Origin: Eledone cirrhosa
Lineage: Eukaryota
NCBI GenBank assembly: GCA_964016885.1
Contig: OZ024740.1
Location: 157,666,001 to 157,730,000, forward strand
Length of the DNA: 64,000 bases
Reading direction: 5' to 3'
Shown: piece by piece, positions 14,320 to 28,599 of the stretch
How positions within the stretch are numbered: position 1 is the stretch's first letter
How the letters are laid out: each line of letters starts with the position of its first letter
Program-made: the position numbers and the translations under genes
Notes under the pieces: generated by a model
What the model saw: the letters and a program-made list of their open reading frames with translations, nothing else
What the model was told of the DNA's origin: nothing
The model's database searches: none

Positions 14320-16911
14320 AATTTCAAATCACATCCATTATTTAAAGAATGATAATAAGTAAACTAAGTCTGAAAATAAATTGGGATGCAGACGATCGGA
14401 AAGACTTTTGATAATGATGGCTAGTTAAACTATAACAGTGGGGAAATGGCTGTCTTTAGGTAAGATAAAATACCTTTCAGGAATTGTTTCGGCTCACTGT
14501 ACCCTGAATTCATATTGCACCGAGATCAACTGTGTACTTCGTCCTTTCGGGGTCACTAAATAACTTACCAGTCCAGGGTGATGGGTTGGCAGAATTTCTA
14601 GAGTCTTTTGCACTGTCTGGAAGTTTACGTTCTAACTGCAATACCCGCGTTGACACTGATACCAAATTGCATCAGGCTATGTTTTCCTTGGACGACACCG
14701 CAATTGTTGTTCTTCCTTAAAAAAACATTCTGCTCGGGTCTACGCCTTGGAAATAACTTTTTCATGAGAAAATTTGCAATTTCATTACACCTACAGAGAC
14801 CTTTGGAATTAAACTATCAACCCCAGGAGACTTCCAGTCACTTGTGGTCTTGATTGTGTTGCTAAATTATCTATTTTTTATGCAGAACCATGATTATAAT
14901 GTTACATGATTATTATGCCACATGATTATGGTGATGCATGGTGTTTTTCTTTTCACTCTCATTTCTAATCCATTATATATATATATTTATCGGATTGTAT
15001 ATTGTACATTCATATGTTTTCCAGGCGTAATTGAATTTATATTGCTTTTAGGTTTTTTTTATTTCGCAGATAGACATATCTTTGACACGAGCAATTGTTG
15101 TTTGCTTTAACTTTTATTTTTGTCTTTCATTTCTAGGATTTTTTCTTTTCTTGATATTTGTTTCATTTTATTCTTCATATTGAACTCTTTTTCTATTTTG
15201 CGACGCAAGGATTGGCATTTTCTATTTTGGTCGATTTTGTATAGTGTACCTTTTTCACAGCTCTTGGTGAATTTCGGTGAGAGGGAACTTTCTTTATTAA
15301 TGTTCAACCCAGTTTCTCTTTATACTGCCACTTCCACAGAGTAAATTAGATTATTTAGCATATTGATGTTAGATTTTGCCATTGTGAATAGAATTTCTTG
15401 AAGGGGTTAGTTGTATTTGGCTATTATTTCCCGAACATGCTTATTTATTCGTATCTTGTGAAAGTATTTCCGCTGATCTATGCTCATTGATTTTCTTTAC
15501 ACACGTTCATTCATATACTAGTTTCAGTCAATAAAATGCGGCCATGCTAAGGCACAGCCTTCAAGAGTTTAGTCAATTATATCGACCACAATCCTTATTT
15601 CAGTCTGGTATTTGTCCAACTGCCAAGTTACAGAACATAGACAACAGCGGTTTTTAGGCGTAAAGACACTCAGATACCCACATACAGTATATATGTATGT
15701 ATATTTATATGTATGTGTGTTTGTATGTATATGTATGTATGTTTGTATGCATATGTATTTATATGTATGTGTATGTGTGTGTGTACGTGTGTGTGTGTAT
15801 GTGAGTGTGTGTGTGTGTGTGTGTGCATATGTGTGTGTGTACAAGCAGCTTATGAACAGCTTATGTTTATTAGATTTCTCAACTCGAGGCCTGAAAATAT
15901 AGTAGAAAACAATTGCACAGGGTGCAACGCAGTAGAAGCAAAACCCAAATCTACTTGATTGCGACGGGAAAATCTTAGCTTCAGCCATAAGATTGGAAAT
16001 TCACTATACTTTTGTTATGTGTAGGTCGAATATAACTTGTCATCGTGCCTGGATACTCGACTGCATACTTCCATCTGATCTTGATAGCTTTCATTCTCAT
16101 TCTGTTGTTTCTGATATTGTTTATATATCTGAATTTGTTATATTGTTTTGACTAACGTTTCTTCCATATATTCAATTCTGTTATCTTATTTTCTTTGTGT
16201 CGTAAGGTTTCGTGCATGTTGTTCGTGTAGTGCTCTCTGTTACGGTTCTACAATTGTTTAGTCGGGATTATAGTCTTTTCGTGTGAGGTTTCTTTTAAAT
16301 TTTTAGTGGGTATTCTTTCTACGGGCTGTTCTATTTTGGTTAGATAAAAGTACATAAGCTATCTTAAGTTGTGGTCTTCTCATGTTTCCTGGTTGACTCA
16401 ATCTGTCACTTACTTCAGCACCATCATCTAGCCCTTCGGTGCGTTTAGTGGAGTCCACTCTGTTTCAAGCATACTGACTAGGTCTCAGGTTTGATGAGAC
16501 CTCTCTCTCACCAATCTCAGATGTAGTTATTGGTCCTGTCATGTTATCCTTGATTAAACATAAAACCCGATGCCCTCAGCAACGAATGTGCATTGAAAAG
16601 TAACTAGGTTAACCTCAAAGATATTAAAATGCAAAAGTGAAATGTTCAATGTAAAGTCTTCATAGACATGCCTCATTTATTGTTAAGAGAAGTACTTAAC
16701 AATTTTCTCTAGTTTAAATTATTTGTGGAAAGCTATAACATTCTGCATGCTAACTAGATTTTATCTTCCATCCTTTCTTTCTACCTAATCCAAAAAGAAT
16801 CGGCAAAATTTAAAAATCTAAAAACCTAAATGAGGAATAGATATACTAGAAAAAGTGTATATTTATGATAGATTTAAGGTCGATTTAATGTAGCTATAAC
16901 AACAGTTTCTG

Positions 16912-17095
16912 GGGATTGGCAGTATCGGTAGAGTGTCGGACGCCATGCTTTGCAGCACAGTTACGTCCCTTTACGGACTGAATTCAAATCCCGCCGAGGC
17001 TAACTTTGCCTTTCATCCTTACGGGGTCGATAAAATGAAGTACCAGTAATACACTGGGATAATTGCTGGCCTTGTGCCAAAAGTAGAAACAATTA
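16912..17095 (+). mobile_element. SINE family A
   Basis: Full-length match to the other copies. Confidence 0.87.
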
Positions 17096-17162
17096 TTAGA
17101 AAATAATGAAATATAAACAATTTCTGTTTTTCATTTGAGCACATAAAATCTTAAGCAATTTT

Positions 17163-17201
17163 TCTTATGTATTTCGGAGAGTTTTGTCTCCTCATCAGAA
17201 G
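17163..17201 (-). ncRNA. Minimal hammerhead ribozyme core
   Basis: Minus strand reads tt-CTGATGA-GGAGA-caaaac-TCTCC-GAAA-tacata-ag; perfect 5-bp stem II, weak stems I and III. Confidence 0.65.
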
Positions 17202-17713
17202 CTAGCTAAAATTTGATTTTATCTTCCTTTCTAAATGGAACCACAACTCTTATTCATTATAAACTGTGTGTACTAAATATTTACCTACCCCTTACAATCT
17301 TTCCTTCCATTACTTTGGATAAATTTAATAATTGTGGTATGAGTTTAATAGATCCAAATGTATGCGAATATTAAAGGAATAAATATTAGAGTAATAAATA
17401 TCACAGCTGAAACACGATAATTCGCATAAATATTAATTGAAAAACAAATATTGCGTGTCTTAATTATTAAAGAGGAAATAGATTTTCCGGCATTCATTCC
17501 CTTGCAAATGAAACAAAAGCAACTAACAAGAATGAGGTCTATAAATAATTTATAAAATAAGCTCAAATACATGTTATATATTAATTATCATATTAAATTT
17601 CTACATCAAAACATGTATTATCATTCTTATAATAGATTATAATATTAAAATATGTAAATTTTTATATTATAAGCTAAAACATATATATACATTTTTTCGA
17701 CTTTAACCACAGA

Positions 17714-17842
17714 GTGCGCCAATATATTTCCCTTCACTCTTAAGCCTGCCAACATATAATCTACAAGTTCTTAAGCGCGCCAAAATATTTTCATTTGCTC
17801 CATAGCGTGCCAAAAATATTTTTATTTGCTCTTAAACGCACC
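17714..17842. repeat. Short degenerate tandem repeat (~30-bp unit, taagcgcgccaaaatattttcatttgctc)
   Basis: Four to five imperfect copies are visible. Confidence 0.6.
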
Positions 17843-18269
17843 GTTTCTTTTTTATTTATTTACTCTAAAGTAACACAAGTTTGGAAACTATTTGTTTAAG
17901 GAAACGGAAGAGAGTGACATAGAATATGATTATTTTTCTATACTTTATTATAAATGTGCACTCATTCGTTAATCTACTTGAGTTGTACTTGATCTTCATC
18001 TTTTCGTTTTCAAATTCCATTCGTTTCGTTTACGTTGCTGATGTTTGTTTGGATTGGTTTGCTGTAGAATGGTATATAACACATACATATTGTTGTTGTT
18101 ACAGTTCTTACTGTAGCTTTAGATCATACTAGATCTGATCAAGCAGATCTATGATCAAAGACTTTGCATCTTTTACAATTCTGTCTCAATCTTTCTTCCT
18201 ATTTGCCCACTTGATACTGGGAAGATCATGGTGGTGTGTGTGGGTGGGTGGGGGTGGGGGTGGGGGGAA

Positions 18270-18578
18270 GATTCCTCAACCACGCTTTCCAGAGAGTCCT
18301 GTTTGGAACAACGGTCTCCAGTTGATCAAGCCAGAACTCCAAGAGGGACCGGCCTAAACACATGGGTGTTATCCAACCATCTTGCTCGACATCTACCTCA
18401 GGGACTCCTGTCGGTTGGTTTTGGCCGTAAACTCTGTCCAGTAGTACCGGAGATGTGATCTCTCAATTCGGAGAAGTAACGGATCTACCTGAAGAGACTC
18501 AGTGATCTCCTAGCTACGCACTCAATCGGGTGACGTTACTCTAAAGACCCTTTGGGGGAACCCCATTTCGGCAGCTTT
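18270..18578 (-). mobile_element. RTE-clade LINE 3' fragment
   Basis: Minus-strand translation AAEMGFP..V....PLLLRIERS.LR matches the RTE post-RT tail; similar to 61880-62200. Confidence 0.7.
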
Positions 18579-18652
18579 CATATATTGTTTCCTTTTATTT
18601 TTGGTTTTGTTTTTGACGACTCAAAATTTAAGAAACATTATTTTAGTGAAAA

Positions 18653-18731
18653 TCCTTATGGGGTCGATAAAATAAAGTACCAGTAATGCACTGGTTAATT
18701 GCTGGCCTTGTGCCTAAAGTAGAAACAATTA
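18653..18731 (+). mobile_element. SINE family A, 3' fragment
   Basis: ggtcgataaaataaagtaccag...agtagaaacaatta. Confidence 0.8.
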
Positions 18732-19015
18732 TTTTAGTGAAAATTACAGCTTCTAAGGCCCGTATTACATATGCATGGGGATAAAATCGCATTGAAACTC
18801 TGATAGTAAGAGCTTAAAAATACTTCGAAATATATATAAATCAGTAAAATCTCAGCATTATATATATATATATATATATTGTTATATTTGGGGAGGGTCA
18901 TATTGTTATAATATTCCCATAAATAATATTAAAACACACTAACTGCTTGGTTTGGATTTTCGCTTCTGTATTTTTTATATCTCCATAGTTAATTTATCTG
19001 GCAATCATTGTTTAA

Positions 19016-19123
<108 letters not shown>

Positions 19124-19194
19124 AGTAAACAGAAATAACAATACAATCGGTACAGTAAGGTATATATTTAACGCTTGATATAGCAGGAATAGGG

Positions 19195-19230
19195 TCTTAA
19201 CGTTTCGGACGTTAGTCCTTCATCAGAAGA
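19195..19230 (-). ncRNA. Minimal hammerhead ribozyme (degenerate relatives at 27784-27820 on - and 35752-35788 on +)
   Basis: Minus strand reads tctt-CTGATGA-a-GGAC-taac-GTCC-GAAACGTT-aaga; palindromic ACGT stem III. Confidence 0.8.
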
Positions 19231-21234
19231 AAGAATGAGAATTAGAAAGTCTGAAGGGGCAGACAGGGCGGAATCGGGAAAAAGGTTTTTAGAGAAAAAT
19301 AACAGGCCCATTCATGTTGCTATCTCTTATCATGTGGAAAAATATTAAAAAGTCGCAAATGTGGTTATCTGAAGGAACTAGATACATGAAAATTGATTAA
19401 TAGTTGTGTGAATTTTGCATATGTGAAAAAAGTACTCAATATCGTTATGTAGGGTGGAATAGCATTTGTTCTAACCTGTTATTTTTACAGCTGATGATAC
19501 AGCTAACAACTTTGAATATATTTTATTCCATTCTGTTTTAAAATGTTCCTTTTTCGTTAGCGTGAATGTCTATGTGCATGTAAGCGTCATTATGAGATCG
19601 ACATTCCAACCCAATTGGCTTTATTGATTAACTGTGTTTCATTTTCACACATTTCGCGCTCAATAAATGACAATAACTAATCCAACGAGTCTTTAAATCC
19701 TGAGGTTCCTTTTCCATGGTCTTTTTGTTCTTCCTTTAATTCATCTCTTTCTTCCACGTAAGTCTTTATCCTCTGTACAATGATTGATACGAAGATTTAT
19801 TTCGTCAGTTTATAAATACGTTAAGGGTTTGTAATGAAGAGCATCGGTTGTCTTCTCTTTATTTCGGTTACAGAGATTAGAATAATACTTCGTACTGTGC
19901 AATACGTCAGTATTTCTTTTGTTTGTTTGTTTTTTTTAGAGATTTCTTTCTTTCATTGATTTATCAAATATCTTTGTAAGTAGCCTAGCATGCCATCCGC
20001 TTTAGAAATGGGCGTTATGAGAGAAACATTGTCACCAGTTAGTAATTCTAACACGCCATATTAGTTTGTACTACTAACACGTCGCCATCGGGCAGAAGAT
20101 CTGACTTGCCACCTGGTTTAATATCGTGTTGTACAGGGCAACGTGTGTGTCTCCCTGATTACTTGATCTAGAAAAAACAACCAAATCTCCCCTTTACTTC
20201 AAATCACACTCTGCTGTTTTAAAAAGGGAATAACATACGTATTAGCTAATTTCAATCTTCTGACATTATGGCTGCAAAAAAACAAAAAAAAAAACAGATG
20301 GACTGGTCATGGCTGGAACGCTTCAAATCAAAGACCTTCTCGAACAGAACCATGTTAACAATAACAAAAATATCGGGTTTGACGCCTAGCACTCTGCTCT
20401 GCTTAAGAGGAGGAGGTGTGAAGTGATCGCTTGTCAATTAGAAACAACAGCCAAATGTCTCTCAACTCACACCCTACTGGGTAAAAATATTGTATTCCTA
20501 GAAAGATTATGTCTTCGAAATCGAATGGCAATGTTTAGAACGCCTTTGAACATTGATTTGTTCTATCACTGTTGAGCTGCCGCTAAAAAATATCATTGAG
20601 GGATGAACCTAACACGCTGTTGTTGCAAGAATTTGAACTAGACCATGATTCGATCCCCTCTCATATTTGTCGTACAGATATTGACATGCACAGGCTTAGG
20701 CACAATTAAATTGGTATTTAGTCACTGCTGAAACTTGCTTGAGCAAACCTATCATTAAAGATATTCAAGTCATGACTATTTCATCTTCATAGGGATATGT
20801 AGAAGTACATTACTTAAGGTAAGTTTTCCGTTCTTTGCATTGTAGCGTGTGCTTTGAGGGTGATTTGACTACTATTTCTAAGAGGTAGAGCAACCAAGTA
20901 GAAACTGCTTTGTTGGTTCGGAATTGTCCAATATATAAGTTAACTGGATAGCTAGTTAATCTAAGTGCATAGAAAATGTATGCGTCTGGGTGGTAAGTTT
21001 AAATAGGCTTAGCAGAACAATTAACACTACATTCTCTCAATACTCCTAAGAGTGGAGAAGAGTCACCAGACGTTTTGGAAACGTTAATTCTTGAAATCCA
21101 TAGTGGAGGATCTCGCCTGATGAATACACATTGTCAACATAGTAAAGAATGCATCACAAAGACTGGCTTCCTTCCTTTTCGTAGTCAAAAAAATACTTCG
21201 GCCCTCATTAACTATCAATCCTCAGCAAAGTTCA

Positions 21235-21376
21235 GGCGCATGGCTTAGTGGTTAGAGCATTGGGCTTTCAATCAAAAGGTTGTGAGTTCAATTCTCGGAC
21301 CTGGTGATGTGTTGTTTCCTTGAGCAAGACATTTTATTTCACGCTGCTCCAGTTTACTCAGCTGTAGAAATGAGAT
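21235..21376 (+). mobile_element. tRNA-derived SINE (family B)
   Basis: A-box TGGCTTAGTGG, B-box GAGTTCAATTC, followed by a core-like tccttgagcaagaca; no tRNA 3' acceptor arm. Confidence 0.8.
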
Positions 21377-21379
21377 GAT

Positions 21380-22015
<636 letters not shown>

Positions 22016-23178
22016 CCGGGTAATGATAGTTGCTAAAGGCATTGACAAAGGCCTTCCCTCCTCATCAAACCATTATATTTAATTACAAAAATGACGTTGG
22101 CAATGTTTCATTTGTATTAAACATTAATAGCATGTTACTATTGGTTCCGAAAAAAGGTATCTAGATAGAGGGGGTATCACTTGGAGGAGTTATATTTGGT
22201 ATATAAGACGAGAAGTATATGGAAATTAAAAATGAAATGATTACTCTGTGGAAATGACATTTTAGCTATTTAAAAACACACAAATATATTTAACTTGACG
22301 TATACCATTTAATTCTTGGTATCAAAATGTTCGTTGTACTGTCTGCAACCTGGTCAGTTCTAATGGAATTAGTTCAGTGATCTGGTCACAGAGAGTGCGA
22401 CGAAAATATTCAAAACTAAGATTTTTGTTGTATGTTTTTTTTTTAAAAATGACTGAAATGACTTTTCTGCGCGGAAATTGTTTTACATCCAACACGGCAC
22501 CAGATCAAGTCATTTGGCATACAAATACAACTCCTAAAATTGAAATGACTTTATAGTGAATCGAAATTGCATTCAGAACAAGTCTTATGTAGAACTTAAA
22601 ACGCAGAGCCATTCCACATCTTTTAAACCATGAATTTACTCAACATAGGTACATAACAACAGTCAACATGACCTACTCCTATTCACAACAAAGGGTAATT
22701 GATGATGTTTACTAGAGATATTTATTTATTTATTTTTTATTTTTCCTTTTTCCTATATTTTCTTCTGAACTTTCACTTTTCATTCAATTTCAAACTACAC
22801 AAGCTTCCATAGAAACTGTTGAGTTTATACATTGTTTCATATCAATTAAAACTATTTTTATACATGTTTATGTGTGTTTATGTATGTTCTTTTGTTATCT
22901 TGTCGTTCTATTTAATCATTAATTTACTTTATTTTATATTTCCTTCTGAAATAGAATATGGTTTGTGTGAAACTATATTTATGATATTGCCAATATTACG
23001 AAATTGTGAATAAATTTTTCAATACAAAAATATTCCCTACTCGACGACAAAAAGAAACATCACCTTCCAGCAGCCGAATTCATGTATATATGTATACTCT
23101 TTTATACTGGATATATAATGTATATGTATGTATAATTAAATGCATGTATATCTGAATGTATTCTCTCCATCACACACA

Positions 23179-23288
<110 letters not shown>

Positions 23289-23909
23289 TGTGTGTGAATG
23301 TGATACATAGAGACATACATGCATTTACTCATACATACATACATATACATTACATATCCAGTATAAGAGAATGCAATTAACGAACACTATAGCACAATAG
23401 CAGTATAGTTATGGCGTATTTTAATGTACATAAACTGATAACCATCTCTATGACAATTGAAATAATTCTACATTAAATATGATAATATGCTTTTAGAGAT
23501 GTAATTATATCTAAATAATTAGCCATTCTTTTAAGATTTGGATAATTTAAAAAAAAAGGAAAAAAAGAAAGGAAAAAGGAGAGTTATAAAAAGTCTTTCA
23601 ATGTTCATTAAAGTCAGTTGCATGCTATTAATCTTTAGATAATAGTTAACTGTTGGTTTGTAAACGTAAAACTTGTGTATGTTTGAGTCTGTCTATATAT
23701 ATTGTTACTCAGTATGAGTGTGTATGTGTGTGTATGTGTGTGCAAGTGTGTGAGTGCGAGTGTGTGTGTGAGTGTGTGTGTGTGCATGTGGGGGTGTATG
23801 TATGTGGGTGGGTGTATGTGTGTGCGAGTGTGTATGTGCGTGTACGTGTGTGCGTGTGCGTGTGCGTGTGTGTGTGCGAGTGTGTGTGTGTATATGTGTT
23901 TGTGTTTGT

Positions 23910-23950
<41 letters not shown>

Positions 23951-24222
23951 TGCCCGCGTATGAGTGCTATATTTGGAGAATGAAGTAAATATTGCGTAAC
24001 GTGTTCAGAATTATATATAATCATTTCTTCATTTACTGGTTTCATTGATAAACTATGACCATGACGGGAGAAGGGTTTAAGGTCGATTATCTAGACGCTA
24101 ATTCTTGTATTCCAACTTTGATACTTATCTTGTTGATTTGTATTAGTTGAAACCCCAAGACAGACACAAATGTAAACACAGACACGTACACACACACATT
24201 ATATTTATTTATTTATTTATTT

Positions 24223-25066
24223 TTGTCTTCTCTGCGCATGCGTTTGCGTGTGTGTATAGTGTTTGATGTGTGTTCGTGTTTGGGTGACTGTGTTTTGGTT
24301 ATTGTATTCTATCTTAGTTTACTAGTGTGTTTGTTGTTATTGTGCTTGTGTATGTTATATGTGTATGTATTTATTTATTTATTTATACTTCTCTTAGGTC
24401 AGTATTATTTGTTTGGGTGTTGTAATTCCATTCATTTTTTCTGTTTAGCCTTGGCCTTCTAAGTTCTATTTCGCTGGCCTCTCTGATTTGCCTATCTGCT
24501 GGGTCATTTCTATGTTTAGATATTATTCTAATTTCTATGTTGTCTATGTTACCGTCGTGTTGTTGTCTGGCATGTTCGTATAGTACTGAACCGTTTTTTC
24601 GTCCTTTTAGTTCCCCCCAGTGTTGGTCTATCCTTTCACCTATGCTACGAGCTGTCTCGCCTATGTATGTTGTTGTTATGTTTCTGCAAGTACCCTCTGT
24701 ACATCTTATGCTATAGACTACGTTTCTAGTTTTACAGTTTATCCGGGGGTTTACCTGACATATAATACATTTCCTATTAGTACAGTGGGTTGTCTTAAAA
24801 GGGTAGGTTTTGCTGATCAGGGATTTTATGGTGGTTCCTGGCTTTTCTACCACCTTAATCTTTAAGTGGGTCTTTCTCAGGGCCTTTCTACACTGGTTAG
24901 CTAATTTCCCTCCAGGGCTAACGTCCACGAACATGACACTCTGGTATCTCTGGTTGTCGTACGATGAGGTGGCTTTCCCTATCTTATGTTTAGCCCTATC
25001 TAAGCTATTCCATGATGTGCTCCTGTATAATGGCCAAATTCCTTTCATGTCCACTTCTATGAGGGT

Positions 25067-25070
<4 letters not shown>
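24223..25070 (-). mobile_element. Penelope-like element 3' part; intact GIY-YIG endonuclease ORF 24383-25054
   Basis: Cys linker C..C..C..CKTRNVVYSIRC...CRN...YIGETARSIGERIDQH...H..H..RQIREASEI..RP.LN; the Cys-rich linker is typical of Neptune-type PLEs. Confidence 0.88.
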
Positions 25071-25123
<53 letters not shown>

Positions 25124-25602
25124 GTGTATGTATGTATATGTGTGTGTATATATGATTAAAATAAGTAGGAACGAAGTGTCAGAGTATCATCATTAAGTTT
25201 ATTCAGGTGTGACGCGCGTTTCGCTATTGATCAGCTCAAAGATCTTACTCGTCTCTGTAATCAAAAGCTCAAAAGACTCTTGGTTCGTTAATGATGGGAG
25301 ACATACCCGGATATCTCCTGGTCGTTAAGTCACCGATCATATTGAACTATTCTTGATTGCCCTGACGAATTTGTTCATATGTGCCACCTCTCTACCGAAT
25401 TCTGTAGCGATACCATCTGCATCTGTTTAACCCCAGGTAGCATAGCGTAGGGCAGTGACTGGCACAATAATGAAGGGCCATACATTGCGTGAATCACCTC
25501 GTGGTATTGCGATTTCATCAACTTATTAATATATATATGTGTGTGTGTGTGTGTTTGCGTGTGTAAGTATGTATGTATTGAACCATGGAAAACGTTTTGA
25601 TA

Positions 25603-26937
25603 AACTAGATCTTAATTACCTCCACGACCCCCACACCTTTACAAGAAACTGTATATGTCAATCCATAGCGTCCGTCATCTACTACCGCTTGGCCGTCATG
25701 CCTTGTCCAGCCAAAACGCTCACCAAAATGGAGCGCGCGCTCTTCCAATTCCTTTGGAAGAAACGGGCTCCTTTGGTGAGAAGATCCATCTGCTGCCAAC
25801 ACCCTTCCAACAGAGGGCTGGGGATGCCGTGCCTGACGATGCGCAAACACGCGCTCAGGCTGCGGGAAATCCACGTATTCCTCACCGGACAACCGATGAT
25901 GTTCGTGAGACGAGCCTTCCCACGACTCGTCTCGCTGACCGAGCTGCAGTCCTGAGTCAAGCAAAGACCGAGGAAAATGGGCGACTGGCACATAGAATGT
26001 ACTCAGGCACTCACAGCCCTCTGGCAGGCGGACCCTGCGATCAGTGGAGACTCCACTTCCTCTTTCTATAGAGGGTTGGTCCGCAGCAAGTGCGACGACG
26101 CGCTCGGAGAAACTCTAGGCGTAGAGGAAGACGAACTGGCCAGTCTGTTCGGTAGGACCTTCCTCCCGGGACCGATGGTCAACTTCCAAAAGTCCCTGGC
26201 CTGGCAGTGCTACCGAGGAGCTCTACCAGTTCGAGACAAGCTCTACAGACACGGGTGCCCGGGCAGGAACCCTTCGAAAAAGATGTCCGAGATGCGTGCG
26301 AGACGAAGAAACCGTCGCACACGCATTCGTACACTGCCCGGGTGTAACCGACCTATGGGGCTATGTAGAACGACTATTGTTGCGGGTGGGACCAATCCGG
26401 TTGATCACCGAGTCCATTGTCATGATCAAACCGCCACCCTCCTTCAAAAACGAAGGAGAGGCGGTTTTCCTCTGTGTGATAGCTATGGTGAAAGAGGTTG
26501 TATGGTGGACGAGGTTAAAAGGGCTGAGGTCAGACACCTTTCTCCCCGGCCAACAACTGATTCTTTTTTTCAAATACCACTTTGGAAGAAGAATCAGGAT
26601 GGAGAGAGAGGTGCTGTACCCCGGCAAGTTTTATAAAAGGTGGGTGAAAATGGCGAGAATGGCCCGAGTGAATGGGCCTTCTCTCTATATCAGCCTGTAG
26701 GTTGAGGAAAAAGAGGAAGAGAGGAAAGGGGTACTCACTCTTCGTACTCCTGGAGAGAAGGGTTGCACATTTTTTCGGGGGTATGTGTTACCCATATGTA
26801 ATGTCTCCCCTTATTGGGGAAAATCGATTGTTTTTTAAATTGCATTTGTGATTGTATTTTACACGTTTTTATTGTATGTAAACTTCTCCCTTTGTATTTG
26901 TCCCCTTCTTTTTTGCCCCTGTGGCTAATAAAGAAAC
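25603..26937 (+). mobile_element. L1/Tx1-clade LINE 3' end (ORF2 C-terminus, frameshifted)
   Basis: SIASVIYYRL..FQFLWKK..RGLGMP, LAWQCYRGALPVRDKL and CPRC..EETVAHAFVHC (zf-RVT-like) motifs; 3' UTR ends in AATAAAGAAA. Confidence 0.88.
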
Positions 26938-27144
26938 ATATCTATGCCTCTAAATCCGACCACACAAAACAGCAAGCTTATTTATGACCGTCTGTACAGG
27001 GTGTTTAGATACGGCCTCTACACGTCAAGCCGTACGTCCACGCAAATCAATACAGTATTTTTATATTGCTTAAAGGGATCTCACTATCTACTATTGTATA
27101 TTTGTATATATGCTGTTCTTATCATTTTTTATCTCATGCGTGTG

Positions 27145-27178
<34 letters not shown>

Positions 27179-27242
27179 ATGTGTGTATAAAGAGAGAGAG
27201 TGAGAGAGAGTCTATTATTCCCAACTCCTTGTCTTTGTTATT

Positions 27243-27321
<79 letters not shown>

Positions 27322-27402
27322 ACAAAGAAAGTGTGGTCAGAAACCAGGTGGACCATAACACTGTTGAAACCAGCCGGAGCTCAGCCGTCGGGGTCCTGAC
27401 TC

Positions 27403-27539
<137 letters not shown>

Positions 27540-28310
27540 CAGGAAAGAAGAGTGACACGGTTTGCTATACAAAAAAGGTTTTTAATCTCATTGCTGACAA
27601 TTGTTTCTCTGAACTGGTAGGTCTAGAGATCGCTACCCGCTTGTTTTCACGTCATTCGATCACCAATACATAGTTGTAACCAGTCAATTCATCAGAGCTT
27701 GCAAAAGGCAAACAAAGATAACAAAGCAAACGACATATTACAATGAATATATTAGTTTTACGCTTGATATGGTAAGAAAAAAGTCTTAACATTTCAGACG
27801 CTAATTAATCATCAGAAAAATAGAATGAGAAATTAAAAAAGAAATAGAAAGATAGAGTGGAAAGTGACAGAAACGAAACAAAATTTCTTTGAAAAAAAAA
27901 CTGGTCTATTCAAGTAGCCACCTCTTGGAAAAGTGTTTTCTGGCGTTGATATATAAGAAAATCAGTTGGTCTTGTTTTAAAAGGCGGTGATCGATATGTA
28001 TAGTTACAGAAGAAAGCTAAAATTGTTCGTTTATTTTACAGTGGAATGTTTCAGCTTCGCATCTGAAAAGAAGGCAGTAGCCCTGAATTATCAGGCCATA
28101 AACACAATAAAATATTACTTGGCTTTGTTTTGTTTTATTTACTATCATTTGCCCTTCGTATTTTCTACCGCTCATTTACTACTTATCTCACATTGCTTCG
28201 TATTAACTACACTACTCTCTCTCTCCCCACCCTCTCTCTCTCTCTTTTTATATATATACACACACACACACATGCACCCCCTCCCCATATATATATATGT
28301 ATATACATAT

Positions 28311-28466
28311 ATATAATAAAATGTTATAGGTTTCTTGAAGTATTCTATATAATATATAACGTTGAAAGAGATAGAAAGCTAAACAATGCATTGTTTAGCC
28401 TTCTATCTCTTTCAACGTTATATATTATATAGAATGCTTCAAGAAACCTATAACATCTTATTATAT
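28311..28466. repeat. ~155-bp near-perfect palindrome centred on ATGCAT (28386-28391)
   Basis: Arms are reverse complements; the right arm resembles the PLE tail at 5260-5312. Confidence 0.9.
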
Positions 28467-28467
28467 A

Positions 28468-28558
28468 CTAGCCGAATTACCCGTGCCTTGCTGCGTTTCA
28501 CACATTTTTTTTTTGTAAGAAAATGATGATTGATTTTATATTAGTGATATAATTTATA
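28468..28558 (-). mobile_element. Helitron 3'-terminal fragment (family of 59112-60154)
   Basis: Reverse complement of 60070-60154, including the subterminal hairpin and terminal CTAG. Confidence 0.85.
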
Positions 28559-28599
28559 ATTTTACATACTTAAAAACTTAATTTATGAATGTAAAATTA

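Noticed and set aside
21235-21310. tRNA gene (also 40971-41030 and 47930-48003)
   Set aside because: A/B boxes are present but the acceptor and anticodon stems do not close, and SINE body sequence follows.
22440-22550. Possible minus-strand host exon after a ttttag acceptor-like site
   Set aside because: Short frame, no recognisable protein and no partner exons.
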